DNA of 64,000 nt from Tricharina praecox (taxonomy: Eukaryota), in assembly GCF_024521635.1 (NCBI RefSeq), contig NW_026250429.1, positions 248,001 to 312,000 on the forward strand. The letters are read 5' to 3'. Both the position numbers and the translations under genes were made by a program. Numbering within the stretch: the first letter of the stretch is position 1; every line of letters starts with the position of its first letter. This document shows positions 38,474 through 51,926 of this stretch, piece after piece. The notes below the pieces were generated by a model that ran no database searches, was not told the DNA's origin, and saw only the letters and a program-made list of their open reading frames with translations.

Positions 38474-38516
38474 CTTCTTCTTCTTCTTCTTCTTCTTCTT
38501 CTTCTTCTTCTTCTTC
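38474..38516 (+). repeat. (CTT)n microsatellite
   Basis: About 14 CTT units. Confidence 0.95.
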
Positions 38517-38981
38517 CACGGACCAGTGTCCAGTGTCCACAGCTCATTGCCCGCCTGTCCGCCAAGCCTCGGCACGTAACCCAGAGAGCAATTCACAGTG
38601 TGAGTGCACACGCCCACATCCATCGTCAAACCCAAAACCAAAAACAAGGTTAGGTTAACTTCTCCGTGTCAGTGTCAGTGTGTCACAGCACCATACATAG
38701 AGCACCATAGTACCATAGAGTACCGTACAACAGGTCCACAGGTCCACCGGTACTCCAGACTCCAGAACTCTAGAGTAGAGTATTTTAACGACACGACACG
38801 ACAGCTTGTAGATTCCTTCCCTCCCCCCTCGCCCGTCCCTTTCCCCCCTTCCCTTCCCCCACTCCCCGCACTCACACCCACACACACCCACACACACCAA
38901 CACACACCCATCCAGCGAGCGCGGAGTTTCCTTCCTTCGGAGAAAATAATCCCACAAAGGCCACACAGCCAGCCATGCACC

Positions 38982-40905
38982 ATGCTGCTGAGCATCCTCA
39001 CCCGCTCCAAGTCTGCGTCACGTAGTGGCGATGCGGAACAGCAACAGCAACACGATGAACACGACTTACATGCGCACGAACACGCGCGCGACGATGCAGC
39101 AGACGAAGAAGCAGAAGCAGGAGAAGCAGAAGCAGAAGCAGGAGAAGCAGAGCCCGAGCCCGAGCCGCAGACCACGCACCTGAACCGCTCCCTCGAGACT
39201 TTGTGCGAGGTGTTCCCGGGCGGCGACATCGAGGACATACGGCGGCTGCTGGCGACAACGGAGGAGGAGAGCCGGCTGTATGTCGTCACGGAGATGCTGC
39301 TGAAGAAGCGCACGGTCAGCTCGGCGGCGGATACGGCGAGACGCGGGAATGGGAAGACACGGTTGCAGCCGTGGGAGAAGTTTAGGACTGAGGCGTATCG
39401 GGGCGCGGTTCAGAAAGCATTGTGAGATACTGGTCGCCCCTGGCTGGGTAGCGGAGGAGGAGGAGCGAGGGATGTAGTTACTGATGGTGCTCGTGCTCAG
39501 GAGTAAGGAGTTTCGCGGCCTCTCGAAATCTGCGATCCAGGCGGTCCTGGCGGAACATAACTTTCAGTATGGCCGGTCCCGCGAGACGCTTGCTACGATA
39601 GCAGCACGATCATGGCGCGTCTCGTTCTCGAACTTCTTCCGGCGGTCACCACGCAGCTCCGCGTCGCCGCTAGATCCGCACATCGCCTCGACGGGCAGCA
39701 AAGAGCTCGACGCCGAGATCTTCGAGCTGGGGCGGCCGGCGCGCGAAGCGCAAGTGCTATCGGACCGCAACGTCGCCGTCCGCATCAACGAGGAAGAGCA
39801 CGCTGCCGCGCAGGCGCTGCTCGAGTGCGAGTGCTGTTTCGGCGACTATGCGTGGGAGGAAACCGTCGCGTGCATGGCCGGCCACTTCTTCTGCCACACG
39901 TGTCTGCGCCGCTCCGTGCAGGAGAGCGTCTTCGGCCAGGGAAAGAGCCTGGTCCCGGAGAAGAACTCGGTCCGGTGTCTGTCGTCCACCGCGCTGCCGC
40001 CGTGCGACGAGTTCGTGCCCGCAGATATCCTCCGCGCCGTCCTGCCAGAGGATGTCTACCACTCCCTCGAGGACCGCACCGCCTCCGCCTCCATCGAGAA
40101 ATCCGGGCTGAAGCTCATCCGGTGCCCGTTCTGCGGATACGCAGAAGCCGACGAGCTGCCTCCGCACCGCGTCAAAGCCAGCGCGATCCTCCTCCTCTTC
40201 CTCGTCGCCTCACTAGTACTCACTCTACTCTCACGCCTCCCCGCAAGCCTCTCACTGCTCCTGCTGATCACGCTCACCTCGCCGCTGCACACCTTCCCCG
40301 CCGCAGTGCGCGCGCGCCTCGACGCGGCGCTGCGCGCGGTCGCCCTCCGCCGCCGCGGCACGCTGTTCAAATGCGCTAACTCCGCGCGGTGCGCCCGCGA
40401 GAGCTGCATCGTCTGCGCCAAGGAATGGCAGCCGTTCCACAAATGCTACGAGAAGGAGGAGGACGCCGCGCGCATATACGTCGAGCGCGCCATGGCGGAC
40501 GCCGTAAAGCGCACTTGCCCCCTCTGCAACGTCTCCTTTGTCAAGTCCGACGGCTGCAATAAACTCGCCTGTCCCTGCGGATACGTTATGTGCTACATCT
40601 GCCGCGCCGACATCCGCACCGTCGGGTATAAGCACTTCTGCCAGCACTTCCGACAAGTCCCGGGCACCGCCTGCGGCGACTGCAACGACTGCGACCTATA
40701 TGCCAATGAGGACGAGGCGCTCATTATTCATCGCGCTGCCAAGACCGCCGAGCTGGAGTATTTGGAGCTCACTGGGAGGAGCTGGAGTGGTACTGTCGCA
40801 GAGACGAGGGTGCTGGGCTGGGGTTATGGCAGTTGTGCGCGCTGCGTGGAGTGGTGGGAGTGGGTCGTTGAGGGGGTCGTGGAGGGGGGGGTTGAGTGGG
40901 TTTAG
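38982..40905 (+). CDS. RBR (RING-IBR-RING) E3 ubiquitin ligase, TRIAD3/RNF216-like, about 614 aa
   Basis: Exons 38982-39421 and 39501-40905. CUE-like LCEVFPGGDIEDIRRLL; RING1 ECECCFGD..C..GHFFCHTC; IBR CPFCGY...FKC..C..ESCIVC..W..FHKC; RING2 KRTCPLCNVSFVKSDGCNKLACPCGYVMCYICR. Confidence 0.88.
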
Positions 40906-41200
40906 TGTGGGGATGGGGATGGGAAGGGGAGCGGGAAGGGAAGGGGTTGGGCGGGGCGGGGGGGGGGTGTATGGCGTTTTTGTGTTTGGTTTGGTTTTTG
41001 GGAAGGGGAGAGGGCGGAGGAGATGGGGAGATGGCAGAGGCATATTTTGTGGGTTTGCCTACTTGCTTAACATAGGATGGGTGAGGTGAGGTATGTCGAT
41101 GGGGTTTGTGTGTTTGTTTTGATCATTGACCTACTACTCTAGTTAGTAGCTAAGTAGACTGTGGCAATATTACACTCCTATCCTGTCTACATACAGTCGA

Positions 41201-41310
41201 TCCGTATGTACAGTCCGTATGTACAGTCCGTGTGTACACTCCGTATGTACAGTCCGTATGTACAGTCCGTATGTGCAGTCCGTATGTACAGTCCGTATGT
41301 GCAGTCCGTA
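41201..41310 (+). repeat. 13-bp minisatellite (TCCGTATGTACAG) x ~8.5
   Basis: Eight full units with few substitutions, lying between the convergent 3' ends of the RBR and ENA genes. Confidence 0.95.
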
Positions 41311-42025
41311 CCTTCCATCAGTAGATATAGTAGGCGGAGTGAATCTTCAATCAACAGATCCTCTCTTTCTTTCGCCTACCTACTCTACAGTACCAGAACC
41401 GGGTGATATTTGCGTGATCTGCTGGGTAGATTAAGTCGGCCGCCATAGCATAAAGACCCCACAGGACAGGATACTACCGCTCCTTCGAGTTGCTGACTTC
41501 GTCTATGTAGAGTAGAGTGGATAGCTAGTGGCCGACTTGGTGAGTAACCGCCATGGTGGTTGAGTGCACTACATATATTTCCCTTAGATATTGTTGGGGG
41601 CCATCCGTCGAGCACCATCGGCCATCGCATCTCACAGAACCCATTCATACGAACATAGGCAGAGCCAGTACAGTGCATTCCCAGCCCGTATGTAAAATGG
41701 AAGGTGTATATAATAGTAGTAGTAACAGACGCCACCATCACTGCTGCTGCTGCGTCGTGGTATTCACACGAGATCACTCGCTCCCAGATCCTAAATCCCA
41801 TATGGCAGATGGCAGAAACATTACGACTTCACAGGCCATCACAAGATAGACGGCATTCACTCAAGCTCAAGGGTCAACGCAGTATAGTAGAAAGGCAGTT
41901 TATTAACGATAGAAACGAGCAAAGACAATTCCACTCCCTCCTCTGCCGCAGCAACTAAACTTTTCCCCTCTCCCCCCCTCCGTCTTTCCCATTGCTCCTC
42001 ACCACGCACACTTCCACTTACAGCA

Positions 42026-45000
42026 CTACTGCTTCTCCACATCCCCTCCCTCGGCACCGCCATCCCCACTAGCCAACGACGTCGAAAAGCTCGCATACCT
42101 CGAGAACGTTGCGCCGCCGAGCTCCCTCTCCGGATTATGCGCGTTCTCGCCATATCTCCTAAAGTAGACCCTCTTCCCAAACTTCCAGAGCTCAATACCG
42201 GCCACAAACAGGGCGCTACCAATGAACACGATCCCCCACTCCCAGGAGATAGGGCGGTGCTTGAACACGACAGTGTTGAGGCCGGGAATGTATATGATGG
42301 GGAACACGGTGACGAAGCCGGCGATGACGGACCAAAACAGGAACTTGTTGCGCCAGACGTTGCGGGCCCACAGGGTCCAGGGGTGCTTTGGCTTGCCCTC
42401 CATGCGGAAGAACGAGCGCCGCATGTGTACCATTTCCCACGCGAGGATCAGCGCGAACCAGGTTAGCGAGACGAAGGTGGTGGAGCGCGCCCGGAATACC
42501 AGCTCGCAGTCCGCGCTGTACCGGTCGTTGCAGTCGTTGCCGAGCTGGCCGTCGCCGAAGCCGAAGACGACGAGCGTGAAGGACGCAAGGCACAGCGCTG
42601 ACATGTACAGCCCGTACACGGTCAGGTCGATCAGCACCTCGGGAGTGAAGATGCCGACTTTGACGTCGTGCGGCGGGCGCGTCATGATATCGTCGGAGGC
42701 GACCTCCATGCCGAGGCCCATTGCGGGGAAGCCGGAGGTGATGATGATGATCCAGAGGATCTCGATGGGGGCGAGCGGGAACACAGAGAGCCCCGTGTTG
42801 TCCTTGAAGGCGAGGCCGATGAGCAGCGTGCACGCCTGCGCGATGTTCTCGGCCAGCAGGTGCAGCACGAACTTCTTGATGTTGTCGAACGTGCGCCGGC
42901 CCTCCTCGATCGCGTTGAGGATACTGGCGAAGTTATCGTCGGTGAGAACGATGTCTGAGGCGGCCTTGGCGACGTCAGAGCCAGCCATGCCCATGCCGAT
43001 GCCGACGTCAGAGCGCTTGAGCGCAGGGCTGTCGTTGACTCCGTCGCCGGTCATGGCTACGAACTTCTTGCGTCTATGCAGAGCCTCGACCATGCGGACC
43101 TTGGAGCTGGGCGCACACCGCGCAATAACCAGGGGAAGAACCGGCAGGTCGTCGATCTCGCGGTCGGTGAGCTTGTCGAACTGAGAGGCGGTCATGACCA
43201 TGGAAGAGATGACATCCGGCGCGAACGAGTCGATGTTCTTCGGGATGATACCCACGTCGACCGCGATAGAGCGCGCCGTCTGAGGGTGATCTCCAGTCAA
43301 CATGTGGACGTTGATACCGGCCTTGTGGCACTCCCTGACAGCACCGGCGGTCTCGGGACGAGGCGGATCGTAGAGTCCAACCAAGCCGTAGAGCGTCATT
43401 TCCCGTTCGACATCGGCACGGGGGTGCTGGCTCCATTCCTCAACGTGGTCGATCCACTCCCTCGAGGCGAACGCGAGCACACGAAGACCTTGAGAAGCCA
43501 GGGCCTCCATGTTCTTGAGCGTGGTGCGAGTCCATTCTTCGTCGAGCGGAACCCGCGAGTCCTTCAGTTGGATGTGGGTGCAAGCATCCAACACCCTCTC
43601 GACGGCACCCTTCATGAAAGCCCAGTCGCGGTAGCCCTTCTCGGCGTTGCCGTTGCGCTCACGGTAGACGACGGCCATGCGCTTGACATCGGAGTCGAAA
43701 GGATACTCGGCGATCTGGGACCAGTCGGGGTCCTCAGAGTGCGTGAACTTGCGGCGGTTCCAATCGAAGCGGCTGGTAAACACCTGAATGGCGATTTCCG
43801 TGGGGTCGCCTCGAGCATCCCATCCATCTCCGTCCTTCTGACGGGCGACAGTAGCGATGTTGCAGAAGGTTGCGATGTTCAGGTAGTGCTGGACGTAGCC
43901 GCTCTCGATAAAGTCGACAGCGTTCCTCCACGGCGACTCGGCCTCCTGTTGGGCTTTGGTCTTGGGGACCTTGGCCAGCTCGTGGGGCATCGACTTGTCG
44001 AGGCTGACCTGGGCGGCATGGGGGTCGAGCGGGGTGTTGGTCTCGCCAACCGCGAACGTGCCCTCGGCGGCAACCCAGGCCTTCCTGACGATCATCTTTC
44101 CCTGCGTCAAGGTACCGGTCTTGTCGGAGCAGATGTTGGTCACGGCACCGAGGGCTTCCAGAGAGTCCAGTTTTCTGACGATGACATTGCGGGACACCAT
44201 GATTTTGGTGCCGACAGCCATGGTAATCGTCAAGACGACAACCAGACTGGCGGGAATCATGGATAGTCCGGTGCCGACGGCATACAGGATGACAGCCTGC
44301 TCGTTCTTGAACGAGTTGGCGGCCATGCAGATGATGGCGAAGACGACCGCAATGCCGAACAGGAAGATGGCCAACCAAGACAGCTTGCGCTGCAGAGGGG
44401 TTCCAACATTGACACCAAGGAACTTTCCGACCTGAGCCATGAACGTCAAGGCACCGGCTTCGAGGTAGTAGTGGAATTTGGCGTGGCCATCTTCGTTCCG
44501 GCGGACCTTTCGGACCTTGCTGTCACCACCGCGAAGAGACTGCGCGATCTTTCCAATCTCCGTGTTCATACCCGTCAGCACAGCGACACCCTTGGCGCGG
44601 CCCTTGGTGACGGAGCTGCTGGAGAACGCCATGTTGAGCTGGTCGCCGACACCGACATCCTGGTCGGGAGAGAATGTAGCGTCCGCCTTCTTCGCAACGG
44701 GGACCGATTCTCCGGTTAGGAGTGCCTCGTCGGCTTCGAAGTCTGAACGCGAGTATCGTCAGTCATGTACGTCATACCGCACTAACCGGATTGTGTGACT
44801 TACTCATCGCCTCAATCAATCGTAGATCCGCGGGGATGGTATCTCCAGTCTTGACTTCGACAATGTCGCCGGGAGCGATATCTGCCGAGCGGACCGTGAC
44901 CGTGTGACCATTGCGGATAACCGTGGCGGTGGGGGTAGATAAGGAACGCAAGGAGTCCATGGTCTTCTCGGCACTGTACTCTTGAAAGAATCCGACGACG

Positions 45001-45432
45001 ATATTGATAACGACGACCGCTGTGACAACACCAGCTTCGATCCACGACTTGATCGCAAACGATACCACCATTCCCATGATCAAGACCTACAACAACACAG
45101 GACGATAAGCACGCGTACTCTCATCGCAACCCCAATCACCGGAGTGAGGGAGCGCAGCTTACCAAGACCATGGCGTTGAAGATCTGCCCAGCCAGAATCC
45201 TGAGAGGGCTCACGCCTCCGCCGCCCGCCAATTCATTTGGGCCAGCAGTCTGGACGCGGGCCCTCGCCTCTTCTTCTGTCAATCCGTTATCGGGATCGAC
45301 GTTCAGCCCCCGAAGGACCTCGGCTGCGGACAGGAGGTACGCAGGAGTTTGGAGCTGGGTGTCTGAGCCTGGGCCTGGGTGCACGGGTCCTTGACCACTT
45401 CGGGGGTGAATATCTTGGCCACCATCTTGCAT
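42026..45432 (-). CDS. ENA1: ENA-type (P2D) Na+/K+-exporting P-type ATPase, about 1089 aa
   Basis: Exons 45432-45163, 45086-44804 and 44742-42026. Motifs DEALLTGES, MIPASLVVVLTITMAVG (P2D signature), CSDKTGTLTQGKM, GDPTEIA, EYPFDSDVKRM, KGAVE, MLTGDH, MTGDGVNDSP, LHLLAENI. Confidence 0.95.
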
Positions 45433-45727
45433 ACGCTGGGTCGGGTTGATGACTGGTTGAGAAATCGTGAAGGTGTTTTCTCAAAATCGCTGCGGTACTG
45501 TAGGCAGTGTCTGCGTACAGTCCCGTGGAATCGGGGCGGAGGGTGGTTCTGTTATGCGGAGGGGGATTGGGGTCGCCAAAAGAGGACGAGAGAGGTTGCC
45601 TGTTGGAGAGAATAAACGTTGGATGCTAAGAGAATCGGGCTCGGGTTATTGGGCGAGCATTGGAAATGATGTTGGTGTTGTGTATAAGATATAGGTTGAT
45701 TGACACATGGGTGGGAAGGGCTCCTAC

Positions 45728-45734
45728 TTTTATA
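45728..45734 (-). promoter_or_regulatory. Putative TATA box of ENA
   Basis: Minus strand TATAAAA about 300 nt upstream of the ATG. Confidence 0.55.
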
Positions 45735-45762
45735 AGCACAGGCACTAATATTGTCGTCAATC

Positions 45763-46124
45763 GCCAAGATCATGATCTGCGGGAAGGCCATGCATCACTA
45801 CCACCACAACCAAAGCTGTCCCTTGAGTTCCCGTATCTTCCCCTACTTGCCTGCTGGAGATACCTTACTGATCCCAAGCTCTGCCCATCTTCTCTACTCT
45901 AGCTACATCCACCGCGTCCGCGAACTTCTACAAGCGGTCGTCGTCACACGAATTTCACCATTTTTTCGCATCGCGTCGTCTCGCTCTAACGGATTTTTTT
46001 TGTCTGCCTTGTTCGAATGCCAAGAGCCTTGGCTCGCCGGAATGTCGCCCCTCAAGGGCCAAGAGTAGTACAGCCCATGGCGGATCGGTGTCTTGGGATA
46101 TCAAAGACAGCAGCTGTGGCCAGG
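45763..46124. promoter_or_regulatory. Cluster of PacC/Rim101 consensus sites (GCCARG) upstream of ENA
   Basis: GCCAAG at 45763, 46019 and 46058; CTTGGC at 46028; GCCAGG at 46119. Confidence 0.6.
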
Positions 46125-49100
46125 GCTTGCGGGCTTCTCCGCTTGATGGATCCATTGATAGCCGCGTGAAGAAAACGCTAATCCCACGACCAGCCATTTG
46201 TATATGTGTGTTGTATATGGGGGATATCCGTGCCTCATGCTACATACGATGTGCGAAGTGCTTGCTCGTGTTCACTCATCAAGATCACGGCTCTGGAGCT
46301 GTTGCCTCTGGAGCTGTCATGTTCTTCTACCGCTGATCTTCAGTGGTATACCTAGACTTCTAGAGCGTGCAAAGCTACCTCCTTGGATAGGTACTATTCC
46401 AGAATCGAGATGGACTTTGCATCTCAGCTGGTGCAGGAGTTCATGGGTTGGACCCTGGACGGCGGGAAACACCTGCACGGAACACCACGAGGACCCGAAA
46501 GTAGGAGGAGGACACGTGGGCAGGTGGAAGCTCGCGGGAACCATGGAAGACAAACTCCGGTTGAGGCGGTGTTCTTTTGCTGCCGACCCGAGCTCTGCTC
46601 GAGATGAGCTGGAGCACGATGAGCAGAGGTTAGAGGTACCTACCTCTAGCTCAGCAAGCTCTTCCCGGAGTAGTCCCACGGGTATTCTGTTACTTAACTG
46701 TGCCTGCCGAATCATGGCTCAGATATGCAGCACGGGTTGCATAGAGAAAGTCCATCGACGCCCGGAATCACCCGTTGGAAGCTCGTCTGGCTGGATTCCG
46801 GCTGGCGTGACGGAGCCATTTGCGTTCCCCGCTATTTTTGCTGGGCTATCTCGACAAGTACCGTCGCATGTAGGTACTCGTACATACATATCTCCATACA
46901 GACCGACCGACACCGGGACACCCCACTCCAACCCCCGCGCTTGTGCTAAGACGCTAGTCGACAGCCTGAAAATTTCTACCTGAATATTTAGACGAGCCGG
47001 CGCACGATTATTGATTGTCGAATCGCACCGCGTCTTGAGAGCACATGTCTGATAGCTTGTTATTTCTCTGCTTCCAATTTTTCTTCTGCGGCGGGGCTAG
47101 TCCAAGAGGACTCTTGGGCCCCTACTTTTTCTGCAATTTCGACGTCAGATGTGACAGCCAAGGCGTTCGACGGCTTGGCCATGGAAGGCACTGCTGCCTT
47201 CCCCGCCTGTCCTAGATCACCAATTCGATCCTTCTTCTTCTCTTCAAACGGAACATCACCATCAGGTCTTCCGTTGACGCCTTTGGGTGCCGTCACCCTG
47301 CGAGACCCTGAGTCTCGGTATGTACGGTATCCTGCCTCGCCACTTCCTCACGTCGTCAGGGTGTCTCACTTGAGTCTTACGCCCATCTCACGCTCTCGCC
47401 GGTCATTCGTAACCGAACATGCCATGCCGCCTGCACTCCACGAACCCACTTTCAACATCATTCAGAGCGTTGGGTAGTACCGGGAGGGCACGATGGTTAC
47501 CTCAGTGTCTCTCATTTCATTCTCCGCATTCTTCCATCTATATATCCACCAGTCATTTTTTGACCAAAAGTTTCACCGCGTTTGCATGCCGGATCATGGT
47601 CGTGTGCTTTCCTGCCCTCTGTGGCCGTAGCCAGTCGAACTGCACCTGCGGCTTCCCGCGGGCCGCAATATGTTGCCCACTGCCCACGTGTTTGCTCGGG
47701 CTATATGGACGAGTGATGTCCTGTGGCTTCTACGGATTCTCCCGTGCTTCCACCCCCACCCTAGGTACCGTACATATGCGTGAGAGAACGCTATCTACCT
47801 ATCTACGGTATCGTCGCACTGCAACTTGTGTCGCCCGGTCAAACTGAGCTGAAGCTCGTGTTCGTCCCGTTTCCGCGGTTCCACTTGTTTGTTGTTGCCT
47901 AGAGTACGGCAGGTACATACATGCACATAGCGCGGTATCTTTGCATGTATCTATGCAGAGTACATACAACTAAAGTACGGTATGATACACAGGGCCCTCA
48001 AAGCTCAGCATCGCCCGTATGTATGTAAACCCAAACTCACGCAGCACCGCCGCAAACTGGCTGCAGTGCGTACATGACCTCATCTGCCTCTCCCTCCCCC
48101 CACAAAACAATTTAGGTGGCGGACATCATCGACGCCTGCGGTGAAATCCCACCTACGGGTGTTTACATACCCCCATCCTCCATTGCCATAGCGATGACGT
48201 AACCATGCGACAGATCTTCGCTCCGTCTCGGGTGCTGTTTGTCTCGACGACGACCCTACATGCTGCTGCGCCGGGTAAGCAAGCAGCCAACGGCGGGCTT
48301 CGCTCCGTCTCTGTTGGCTTCCATCCAGCTCCATCTAGCTCCAGCCATCCAGCTCTAGCGAGCTGCTTCGCTTTTTCGCCGGCCGCCGGCCCCCCCGGGC
48401 GGATGATTGATTGGCACAGCTAACGAAGGGTTATGTATGCATCTATGCATGCAGGAATCATGCAATCCTCCCTACATGTATGTAGACGGAGATGCTACCG
48501 CACTGCACTGCGGGCTGCCCGAATACTAGTAAAGGAAACAAACCAAACACTGGCCGATGCAGCCGCGGTCTTGGGCAGGCTTTGGCAGGAATGCCATGGC
48601 ATGGCATGGCCGATGCCGACAGTCTCCAGGACTCAGGAGCCGCTTCGGGCTCGACTGTACACACCAATCTCCCTTAAGTTCCTGATGGTGCGATCGGGCG
48701 ATCGGGCGTGCGATCGGGCGTGCTGCGCGATCATGGCCCCGAGCATGCACGACTCCTTCCTCAAACCCACCACAAAAACTTTCACCCTCCCTGTCATGGA
48801 GGTTCTCGTCGAAGGGGCACATGTGGGCCGAGAAGTCTAGGATCGGCACCGGCGTTTTTCATAATTTCACTGCCGCTACGATGCCGGCGCCGGCTGTGTA
48901 CAGTATCCGTATGCCGAGTCCTAGGTTTGGCGAGGAAGAATGACGGGCATGCGATTGAACTTGTGGAAAATGTGGGCGTTGGTCTGAAGATTGTGGAGAT
49001 TGCCAACGAGTGTTTTCTCAGGGTGAAGGAGAGGTTCTAGATGGATGGCCCATGGGGGTTTGCCGGCATACCTATGTTGTTTCCATTCGATGCTGCGGAG

Positions 49101-49884
49101 TGGTACGTATATTGATATTGCGATTGGATCTCTGGTATCGTGACTCGTGAGGCAGAACTTGGGAAAGTGGACTGAAGTTTGATAAGACGGAGTACCTACA
49201 TAGGTAGGCATGGACGCCGGCGGACGTTGCAGTTAGTCGCTAATAATGGCCGCATGTACAGATTGTGCGTATCACTGAACAATGATGATCATGATCTGCC
49301 ACTCAATTTGCACTCCACCTGTGATGTTCCCTTTCCCTTTCGTTTGTGGATGGATGGGATTCCAGCCAACCCATTCCCGCTCAGCTCACAGTCGGGGTTC
49401 GGTACTGGTAGATAACAAAAACCTTAAGTACGGCCTGCCTCTGCATATATTCTTCGTATTCGATTCAGCTCTGTTGCATAGATCGTTGTCCGAGTCCCCC
49501 TCGACATCCAGGGCATTCCTCGTCTCGAGAGTCGAGAACCCACCCCCGACGACCTTCGACCGGTGATATCTCAGCCCAGCCTGGCCATTGGGATGATTTC
49601 CCTGACAAACACCTCTATTCCTACTTACGTGTAACTACTCCAATCACAATGTTCGCCCTATATCTTTCACTTCCCCTCAGCTTTCTCCCCAGCCAATTGC
49701 TCCTCGTGCACCACCTCCATAGCTTCACATGCGCAGCACGGCAAAACCAAACACCCTTTGCCCAATCCCATCACTTCAAAGCACATCCCGTCAAATCCTA
49801 CCTCACACTCGTTGAGGGTCTTAATCTTATTGACAAATAGCGGAGAGCATCGCTGCATCCCAAACAAACCCTCATCCGCTCATC

Positions 49885-49988
49885 CCCTCATCCGCTCATC
49901 CCCTCATCCTCTATGTAGTTCTCTCATACCCCCATACCCTCATCCGCTCATCCCCTCATCCTCTATGTAGTTCTCTCATACCCCCATA
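49885..49988 (+). repeat. 52-bp direct tandem repeat x2
   Basis: CCCTCATCCGCTCATCCCCTCATCCTCTATGTAGTTCTCTCATACCCCCATA at 49885 and 49937. Confidence 0.9.
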
Positions 49989-51162
49989 CCCTCATCCTCA
50001 CCATGATCCATCAGCCAAAAAAATACAGATCTACATAACTACAGGCTACACAGTTTCGTTTGTTTGTTTGATCATGGATGGCATGATCATGGCGATACAT
50101 ACCCCCCTCATCCCGTCTGCAGCATGGAAGGGCCTCCGTGCCGTGCCCCGCTCTGCCCCAGGCTACAAAGTTTCGTATCCCGAAAACGGTAGAAGGGTGA
50201 GTGATGGAGCGTGCGAACGGTACATAAACCCTCTACATAGGTATGTACCTCCGATCGCTCCAAAGTACTTTAGAGCCAGTGGTATTAAGCACATACATGC
50301 GGTCAACGGTGAAGGGACGGTGAGAGTCTGAGAGATAGGTATCGGTATGTTCCTATGCCCCAACTACGTCAATAGTCCCGGCTTCTGTGCATACTGCTCT
50401 TGAGCTCCTACATATGTAAAAGCTCCGTGTTGCGGGTACCGTCACTTACATACCGGATGACCGACGAAGGGATGGCCGAGACCACGTACGGGTAACTTGG
50501 ATGCACGGAGTTTGGCCCCAAGCTACTAGAATACTCTAGTGTTCCTTCCTTTCTTCTCCAGCGGCAACCAATCCCGCGCATATGTAGAGTAGATAGCTCG
50601 AATCGACTCCCACCCGCGCACCCCTCGGCCAGCGCGCACCCCTCGGCCCGAATCCGACGCTACACTATGTCACCATCCATCCAAAGCTCCGGCCGTCCGT
50701 ACGTAAACCAAAGCGGTCTGTGCACGGTTCATTCTCCAGATCACAGAGGAATCCGGGACATCCGGACGGCTCGGATAGCTGTCCTCTAACTATCCGGACC
50801 CAGAGTACCGATGTTCTCACTACTCTAAATACTATAGATACTCGTTACGTATACAAGCTCTTGGTGAAGCGTTAAATAAGCGCTCACGCGTGCGCGCGAT
50901 GGTTAGTTAGCGGAAGTAGAGCATGTGGATGCGAATGACATCTGGGAATCGTCATGGATTGTCACTCGTCCCCTACACGCAGGGCCGCGTTGACTCTAGG
51001 CGAATCCGGGAGTCGGGCGTTGGATGGCAGGAATAGTGCGCTCGAGGGCTGGGACGTGTATGAGCGCACCTATGTACCACTCACAAGGGTAAAGAGACAG
51101 AGTAGCGGCGTATGAGGATTTTGATAATGAATGAAGCTCGTAAGGATGAATCGACCTGGCAA

Positions 51163-51650
51163 GAATGAGTGAGACTTCCGGGAACGACTAAAGCCTGAAA
51201 GTGTGAATAGAGCTGGGAGGTTCAGCGGGGTCCGGGAGAGAGAATGAGACTTTGGGAAAGAATGAGGCTCGGAAGAGTAAGTAGAGTTGGGAGGTTGCGT
51301 GGGGCTCGGGAGAGTGAATAGAGCTGAGAAGTGTGAATGAGACTTTTAATAGTGAATGGAACCTGAAAGAGTGAACGGATCTAGGAAGTTGAGTGAAGCC
51401 TACGAAGGTGCATGAGGCGAGGGTTGGTTGGTATAGCTTCAGAAGCGTCGTTACAGCCTGTGAAAGCGAATGTGAACTATCTAGGAGAGTAAATAAGAGT
51501 TGGTAAGTTGAGCGGGGATGGAAGAGTGAATGAGTCTTTTGATGACGAATGAAGCCGAAAAAAATAGTGAATAGAGCTGGGAGGTCGAGTGGAGCCTGGA
51601 AGTGTGAATAGAGCCGAGCAGAATGATTGAGACTTTTGGGAACGAATGAC
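51163..51650. repeat. Degenerate purine-rich minisatellite of ~18-19-bp monomers with higher-order periodicity
   Basis: Variants of GTGAATAGAGCTGGGAGG and GAATGAGACTTT recur about every 75-95 bp. Confidence 0.7.
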
Positions 51651-51842
51651 ACTCATCTAGTCGCCGCAGTCAATCAGGCAGATGGCCAAGAAACCCACCC
51701 GGAAAGTTATCCTCCATGTAGTGAGTGATAAATTATGAACCGGCAACCACAGCCACACGGACTGCTTCTTTCTTCCTTTCTATGATACTCACAACCAGAA
51801 CACCAAACAATCTCAGCCCTCCATCTGTAGCAGATTTGGACC

Positions 51843-51862
51843 ACAACAACAACAACAACAAT

Positions 51863-51924
<62 letters not shown>
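51843..51924 (+). repeat. (AAC)n microsatellite
   Basis: About 27 AAC units with one AAT interruption. Confidence 0.95.

Positions 51925-51926
<2 letters not shown>

Noticed and set aside
41201..41310. Regular repeat array resembling a CRISPR array
   Set aside because: Head-to-tail 13-mers with no unique spacers and no cas genes; an ordinary minisatellite.
42137..44798. Long + strand ORFs (320 aa, 396 aa and others)
   Set aside because: Antisense to the codon-biased ENA ATPase.
47060..47420. Minus-strand 78-aa ORF and adjacent coding-like frames
   Set aside because: GTG start, in-frame stops upstream, no consistent splice model or homology; at most a decayed gene.
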